From Candidatus Thorarchaeota archaeon (GTDB lineage Archaea > Asgardarchaeota > Thorarchaeia > Thorarchaeales > Thorarchaeaceae): a DNA stretch of 18,372 bases. The notes under the pieces were generated by a model that worked only from the letters and a program-made list of their open reading frames with translations, did no database searches and was not told the DNA's origin. Positions 17,301 through 18,372 of the stretch are shown here, piece by piece (position 1 is the first letter of the stretch; each line of letters starts with the position of its first letter). The DNA lies in assembly GCA_048882485.1 (NCBI GenBank), contig JBHLRP010000016.1, positions 1 to 18,372 of the forward strand, written 5' to 3'. The position numbers were made by a program, and so were the translations under genes.

Positions 17301-17845
17301 TAGATGTAGTTTGCTGGCTCGTCTTGTGAACTAAGGTAGGGAGAAGTACCAACTGTTGTGATTCCGCTATATGTGGCATCGTAGGAGTCTGTATCAAGCC
17401 AGACTGACTGATAGGGATCCCCGACATCTGTTTCTTGAATAGTCATGAACTGGGTGTCAACAGTGGTTCCTTGTGCATTCGCAGGATTCATTTCGACCCC
17501 CACATCTGGTGAAGAGTCAACATCGCTCGCATAACTATCATAGTCATCCTCAGCATCCGTAGTAATCGGTGCTGTATTCTCTTCAGCAAGAATGTCATAG
17601 GTAGCATCAGGTCCAGATTGTTGATTAGCAAAATTCGAGTGACTTCCTATGTATCCAGCACCATCGACATCTGACAGATTATTGGCTGCGAATTGTTCGA
17701 GCGATGATGCAAGAGTGTATTCTGTCTGGGTCACTATCAAACTTGGCTCATACGTTGGAGGGTATGAAGGATTAGTACTAGTGCCCAGCAGCATAGCCAC
17801 TATACAACCTGTGAGGACAATGACTAAGGGTCCTCTCCTCTTCAT
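2333..17845 (-). CDS. Giant (5170 aa) single-pass cell-surface glycoprotein / adhesin-like protein with tandem Ig-like IWD repeats and a cytoplasmic domain
   Basis: Uninterrupted 15.5-kb ORF with a strong SD, an N-terminal basic + hydrophobic signal, about 40 beta-rich repeats, many N-x-S/T sequons, a C-terminal TM helix followed by RARRR, and a 114-aa tail. Confidence 0.95.
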   Translation of the reverse strand: MKRRGPLVIVLTGCIVAMLLGTSTNPSYPPTYEPSLIVTQTEYTLASSLEQFAANNLSDVDGAGYIGSHSNFANQQSGPDATYDILAEENTAPITTDAEDDYDSYASDVDSSPDVGVEMNPANAQGTTVDTQFMTIQETDVGDPYQSVWLDTDSYDATYSGITTVGTSPYLSSQDEPANYIYTKAPGSQGGWWGLPNTTLSGALTVNVSLYCWNLDGAADDGFDVYYDTTGGVGTLLGRVAQHTARQYDNLTIVGTLSQQQVNSLRIRLVFYKTGGADYAYVDHLRIGVSSPKVVNYEADLEYAWSGADNDEVNEEVCINIGSISGTEGLNVSYWNGVGWLSLGTITSIGWTNLTATGLDSVSYTVRLQGADNTSDAEQGLWEIDLITLHTWTDQTYNYELDLEVQWTAAEFDNNNEFLCIYAGNADSEDIAVEVWDGLTWVSLFADLQADSWNNISVETWLTSATFTIRFKGGLEAGDAVSSQWSIDATLLHTWNNIPSNDQKPSVGNIDDGSHMYAKARDYLIAANVSDQDGYGDIQSMRLSLYSDDRFTLYWTIEYNEDTDSFAEFSDPANYITLDTVSSTAMKAGNDIDITFQVSIEWIHPDITGSDVECVVVDSKSENDTNWYEVDWDIETRLDIAGIATDDNLGTIDRGDLDSQFFTTGTVTYHGSAITPPSSEVDVWVSCPEYGTSLGPWPDSSLVSGLFNVTCYADDEVGQDTYTVKVVQEGAGFGGTDLLFSSIADTYIADRIEFYQSGVDDSRIDVDSSGVTWWSVRYQYDSLSITGGLSAALNGTKTLSWNGSYWTFQETMSTVQAIGYSVASAYDATHGLAGWVQTASNTTIIWDRIRIITTTTQDGRIDYGTTADIRMTAELEYDGHLLGVGDTLYMNGTAMTWVGPYFRLQPLFTQVGLWTFFVNETGAMENTYDIAVVNIDGRQIDQIWDRILIITTVASDGRIDYGTSTTVNVTAQLEYDGTFLGSGDALRMNDTVMTWDTDHFYLETGSYSIVGLLRYYVNASGALETDSGITLVQSNPISANVIWDRILITSTTSQDSRIDTNAAADLRVTAELEYDGHPLGLGDNLFMNTTGLTWVGPYFRLQPQFSQVGEWKFYVNSTGALEDTFQITVVNVAGAEVDQIWDRIVIVTTTTQDGRIDFGSSADLRVTAELQFDGHPLGVADILYMNDTVMTWAGSYFRLQPQFFMVGIWDFYVNSSNADEATYGISALFLDGNSVSQIWDRIEFYQSGVVDGRVDVDDSDFVYWNARYEYDRIEITGAILTASMNGSKALNWNSSDLRWDYSETKNSVQLVGYGIASASETTYGLTAWVQTASNVSIIWDEIEFFSSGVEDGRINIDAVGTTWWRARYAYDQFEITTGLSASLNGSKALSWNGVTTRWDYSESFSTVQSMGYGVLSASESTYGLTRFIQTAANTSIIWDKITVQTTNVDINHLDVGSTAQIQVTLWLEFDHTNLGSGDSVFVNDSAMTWDGGNSHFILDLAFTTVGKWTFFVNSSLETTYEISEVDLNSLSVEVIWDRILILSIAADDSRVNVGDTVELQVTAKLEYTGNGDHFLGSGDTLYMEDLSMVWSAPQSAFVHSTSQSSVGLRKYFVNSTNANETDFGISVVNLDSNILDVIWDRLLIDIQADAELVLSEQQVNFTLSVSFESDGTECTTYEIICARNNTDWLAFTYLNATLFNDTNSDLVYLYNASLVVSETLYDITLFITNTELVNWTSYIPIVPVNEAPPNLLNPDDTDNMYARLRYYKITSNASDQNGYQDIRLIRLLLFSDDRGTNYWTVTFVRSNSSFSVTNGSMYIALGPCTYEQSGIWLNITWYIKISWNHPDIVDVDTKQFVSNTFSTASDWYESDWDIETRLDYSTLPSLDDDRGNVDTADLVATGALTYYSSALFPLANETDFWVLHDISGSWSGNVDGLGVLAATGIGSSSSVRVNTYAFKVVAEGDGPSGADLYYTASATGTFISDRIEFYLSGVDDGRIDAGSTGTTYWTARYDYDDVSITSGLTAQLTGSKLLVWNGTYWIYSESKAGVELQQYAILSALETSYELTAWTQTTFDTSIIWDRILITSTTVNDSRVNINSIAELRITAQLEYDGHLLGSSDTIFMDGVQMTWDVVELRFELPRTKAGVGSWRYFANLTNAMESDYGISSVNQNGNFQDVIWDRILVQSTVADDERVNVDDLVQIRVTLMLEYDNTLLGSSDTVVLAGQAMSWDGGNSWFELDVSQSAVGLWTYYVNSSTMSAYGITELSLNGRESSVIWDRIRILTTTTADDRINYGTSTTISVTAELEYDGHLLGSADALYANDTLMAWNVDHFELATGAYLIVDILTYFANSTGALESTHDITLVNLNSQATSVIWDRIRIITTSTQDNRIDYGSAADIQVTALLEYDDHPLASGDILYMDDVEMTWVSSYFQYQPLRNEVGSWNYFVNTSNAMETTYGISLVNIDGKSVDQIWDRILVLTTTTQDGRIDYDTQADIRVTAQLEFDSHFLGVDDLLYMNNTQMIWLGSYFQYEPQFAQVGEWIFFVNASNALEDTYGISYVNLAGTSVAQIWDRIQITTTTANDNRVNLGTTVTVSVTAQLEFDGHILTSSDTLYLDDTLMSWNTDHFEYQTSKIAVGLWRFHVNSTLANEVTHDISSLNPNVLWTDVIWDRILIQTTSTTDDRIDYGSPAEIIVTAVLEFDNHPLGADDILYMDNNVMIWSIDHFEYQPSRSEVGLWRYYVNSSNAYEDTYGINLLNLNSKSQDIIWDRIEFYQSGVVDGRIDTNSVGETWWKARYQYDGVEIDITKGFSAALNGSKILAWDAGATRWRYQETSASVQRIGYHVIIASELVYGLTQWVVTTSNTTIIWDQIVVISYSAEDTRIDINTGCSCNVTLIYNFDNSFVIDGSVWINGISAIYSESNGVWGFTEMRSTAQFVTFNTVSAAANQHGITAVDQNSQSQGIIWDSLTITITVSDSRIDTGTIASIVPTAIYDYDGSAYDGTLQLNDTIFQQASAGRRGYTVASAFGDSFGITAIRQNMIVSCVWDSLTVSISAIDYRIDVGDVASVSASAVYDYDGTPYDGTLDLNDTVFQQGVVGARSYTVDSASGDTYGITVIGRNDIATVIWDQLRVLSYSVSDSRCDLGSIQEITAIVIRQYDSVLFTGAMGTVFLNGTAMAWDSGDLVWTQLHTYSTIVRYAFGVTTITDTQFGISAIQTIAEPSIIWDALSITITVADDRLNIGDTASIVPTATYLFDGSSYDGTLMLNDTVFSYASAQQHWYNVSSASGDDTYGITVIEVNDEASCIWDSLTIQMTDPLDQRIDVNSNASGIVVSARYDFDGAVYDGTLVLNNSLFSYGSAQKQGYTVSFASGDDSFEITAIRQNDDTYCIWDSLTISITDPPDLRVNVGDNATGIIVSAVYDYDGSNYDGTLVLNDTQFAYVTVGKRGYEVLTANGDDGYGITAISTPDSTFCIWDRLRIEIAVDGASLFNGQQANFTLTVTYDYDSATCTTYEVVISRNATHWYAFTDSNKSLFRNIASDAIYYYNASSVSSETNFGIIAFITTTQKVTWSEAPNEVPVNITDGLSMLENADDSDNLYAMYRFYVITSNVSDGNGYDMLQYVEISLYDDLRIQAEWTLRYTIATDSFSIQQGAGNVALASWSSASGSGNQLVVTWIIKIDWDHSDLTDIDIRQYVTDGIDSDEDYYEVNWDVETRLDISGLTISDGSGTLNRGPFDGSFIVSGTLLYLGSGDDNPLSNETDVWVLSSGYGSSVGPWSDTTLVSGSFSLVAFADDSAGLDTITIKAVEAGLGSGAQDLFDTSVQGTYIADRVVVQSYSPDDARVNVNANVNLDVTLIYASDSSPVINGAVTINSIPASHVGGGVWRITISRSSVQEVIYNTVAYNGGSHGLNQVDQNSQTQSIIWDSLTISIASPIDNRINIFENASGIVVTATYDFDNSGYDGTLNLNDTSFVSDVALKKGYTVLNAAGDDTHGITLINLNDAVYCIWDSLTIIITDPFDQRVNIGTNASGILVTAVYDYDNSPFDGILSLNVTQFAYASPQRQGYGIQSISGGVHGITAVSTDDATFCIWDALRISMTDSPDQRINVNQNASGIIVSARYDYDNSIYDGTLLLNDTVFISAAATKKGYTVLSAVGDDVHGIMSILSNDETWCIWDQIIVLSLAANDARDNVGDSIRVDTILRYEYDGTPVEDGIVTINGFGFSHLGLGLWRHTRTESEVMGIIFDSVTCSGNIHGIQSVNQNSQSQTVIWDELIVTITISDRRIDVGSSASIQASAVYAYDGLPYDGILTLNDTVNVHGVVGRWAYSVASASSDSYGISLIGTNDEDYVIWDRLRILSYWIDEVDGRTNVGATRQVYVTADYEYDGSVFQGAFGTLYMNGSAMTWNPALLRWNHSFVYSTPVGYVFQVSAVNDLLYGLTQIGEQMSPMSIIWDKMNVIIVSDSSVAYYDELVYFTVTATYQYDGGRVMSLTIQTLRNGTETKNGNFSDTWNGPPDARYQYLVVSAQDSLYGISEFDTFMIEVFWTNAPVVEVDDAFVSDGDGPVNRVNIGTLVYIYFHCIWRENSSPVVTGLLYVNSTPHIINETGWVTFTNSSLSVLYRHWLVTDMEVAGAAYYQMDISAPYMIWDAVNITLNVIDERINVYESALTVLDIDAVYAFDGSQFDGNLIFNQSLVQNTVGRYGFTVMSVVDFAYGINTILSNDEVSIIWDGLIVDLSVNYHRVGLGMRITVENSTVYAFDGTPFDGTMELNDTTYVQSFIGIRGYTVREDSITGGIHGINVVISNDQTYVIWDELEIFDTETDPERCDLGASIRVRFWMRYVFDKTLFADLKGRIWINGTQASYDSSGGFWFISVSHDTVGEFDYFVDGFEDDTSQIQVLRNQDVIFCTAKFDSVYVSSAGVRGRNIAEDLVVEVEPPEVLSVLLGSNVTIYFQLRYSSDDAPITDPNTLVNINGKRAIYNPDNERWEVSFESSSAGLVEYMIESFRDRFGLVEVDHRGLIPKVVWTTQQFPPELLYISAAGIAGLAAVIFISRARRRVTTLEHALTPEELLSLEDVGISSTMRAQIVNHLEWLRDLSAEISYMGDDVLMILSDELTQAKRMFFKAFELESPTEPAGLRLKDMLLDRIDTVLESIEKEMEFRSSRG
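2678..2731 (-). other. C-terminal transmembrane helix of the giant protein
   Basis: LLYISAAGIAGLAAVIFI followed by the positive-inside cluster SRARRR. Confidence 0.9.
2735..7102 (-). repeat. Super-block 3: node domains A3 (7102-6692) and B3 (6691-6347), 7 IWD repeats, cap (4471-4187), then 5 membrane-proximal repeats
   Basis: Third copy of the node (ADDSDNLYAMYRFYVITSNVSDGNGYD...VNWDVETRLD), followed mainly by short SLTI...YDYDG..YDGTL.LNDT repeats. Confidence 0.85.
7103..12619 (-). repeat. Super-block 2: node domains A2 (12619-12218) and B2 (12217-11891), 16 [I/V]WD repeats, cap repeat (7408-7103)
   Basis: Node A2/B2 is homologous to A1/B1 (DD...MYA..R.Y.I..N.SD..GY.D......L..DDR ... W.H.D....D ... 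YE.DWDIETRLD). Confidence 0.85.
12620..16351 (-). repeat. Super-block 1: node domains A1 (16351-15938) and B1 (15937-15596), 9 IWD repeats, cap repeat (12925-12620)
   Basis: Protein-level repeats with consensus IWD-RI.I.TT..D.RI(D/N).G....VTA.LE(Y/F)DGH.LG..D.L.MN...M.W. Confidence 0.85.
16361..17701 (-). other. N-terminal head (aa 49-495): three beta-sandwich/jelly-roll-like domains, two of them homologous
   Basis: Duplicated segments SDVD..G....AN.Q...D......E (aa 49-91 and 98-141) and NYE.DLE..W....D..NE..CI..G...E...V..W.G..W......W.N......T.R..G.....D.....W.ID...LHTW (aa 296-392 and 398-495) flank a unique domain (aa 146-290). Confidence 0.65.
17780..17845 (-). other. Signal peptide or N-terminal membrane anchor of the giant protein
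   Basis: MKRRG n-region followed by hydrophobic PLVIVLTGCIVAMLLG. Confidence 0.8.
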
Positions 17846-17850
17846 ACTCT

Positions 17851-17858
17851 ACCTCCTC
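17851..17858 (-). promoter_or_regulatory. Shine-Dalgarno site GAGGAGGT of the giant gene
   Basis: Minus strand reads GAGGAGGT-agagt-ATG (5-nt spacing). Confidence 0.85.
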
Positions 17859-18058
17859 TATCAGCCGCTTCAATCTTGCTGTCGGGACCTTCGAAGCCTT
17901 GATTGAAACTCACTTGTATTGCGAATTGCAGGGCTCACTGGACTGGGTTGGATCGACCTGCATCAATTATGGGATTTCCTACCCACACTACGGTCTTCAC
18001 GTTTGCATATTTGTCTTACTTCATTGGTTTCTAAATTGAAAAAACGGAAGCGTGGACT

Positions 18059-18093
18059 AAAAAGAGAAAGGAAGAGGGGCACTACACCCCTCT
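18059..18093 (-). terminator. Hairpin plus pyrimidine/U-tract terminator after the right-edge gene
   Basis: On the minus strand, 6 nt after the TAG: AGAGGGG-tgtagtg-CCCCTCT, then TCCTTTCTCTTTTT. A further T6 tract lies at 18039-18044. Confidence 0.7.
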
Positions 18094-18099
18094 CATCAT

Positions 18100-18372
18100 C
18101 TATTGATCCTCGTCATCTTCTCCGAATCGCTTCGGCCTGCCGAGACGTCGGGAGTCGTCTACTCTAAGCCTATCAGGATCAGGCGGTGCACCATATCGTT
18201 CCTCTTTAGGCTCTTTAATCTCTTCAACGACCTCCCTATCGAGGTCTTCTTCGCGAAATTCTTTGCCTTCTTCTCGCTCCTCTTTCACACGCTCAGCAAC
18301 ACGCTCAGCTCTCTCGAACATGACATAGTAGAGCGTTGTGAAGATTGCTACCAGCGGGAAGGCCAGCAGCTT
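18100..18372 (-). CDS. 3' end of a membrane protein (TM helix plus highly charged C-terminal tail); starts beyond the right edge
   Basis: The frame is open to the window edge: KLLAFPLVAIFTTLYYVMFERAERVAERVKEEREEGKEF...GEDDEDQ*. The ORF-track start at 18321 is an internal Met. Confidence 0.8.
   Translation of the reverse strand, partial: KLLAFPLVAIFTTLYYVMFERAERVAERVKEEREEGKEFREEDLDREVVEEIKEPKEERYGAPPDPDRLRVDDSRRLGRPKRFGEDDEDQ

Noticed and set aside
17825-17845. Twin-arginine (Tat) signal from KRRG
   Set aside because: It lacks the RRxFL consensus (RRGPL), and folded export of a >5000-aa protein is implausible.
2333-17845. Diversity-generating retroelement target, intein, or polymorphic toxin domain in the giant protein
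   Set aside because: I saw no near-identical TR/VR pair or reverse transcriptase, no Hint/intein motifs, and no RHS/YD core or toxin-immunity arrangement.
2744-17906. Numerous 60-175-aa ORFs within or antisense to the giant gene (e.g. 14849..15376)
   Set aside because: Expected shadow ORFs of a long coding sequence, with no independent motifs.
17919-18167. 82-aa plus-strand ORF
   Set aside because: It spans the leader and terminator and is antisense to the right-edge gene; its K/R run just reflects the purine tract of the terminator.

Overview
This window is archaeal-looking and probably from an Asgard archaeon such as Thorarchaeia; that placement is inferred from a TPR-longin fusion and protein style, not proven. 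It is dominated by one 15.5-kb minus-strand gene for a 5170-aa single-pass type-I surface glycoprotein. The protein has a signal peptide, a head whose domains appear nested inside one another, and a stalk of about 40 diverged 80-100-aa Ig-like repeats, 35 of which end in [I/V]WD. The repeats are grouped into three super-blocks, each opened by a two-domain node with cadherin-like motifs and containing a 'cap' repeat. A C-terminal TM helix and a 114-aa helical cytoplasmic domain follow. The gene ends 1 bp from a convergent TPR + longin-like gene. Upstream of that gene lie an unannotated 48-aa tail-anchored CxxC microprotein and two divergent GNAT acetyltransferases, one truncated by the window edge and absent from the ORF track. 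The right end holds the 3' part of a membrane-protein gene, a hairpin/U-tract terminator and a possibly structured leader for the giant gene. I saw no RNA genes, CRISPR arrays or mobile elements.
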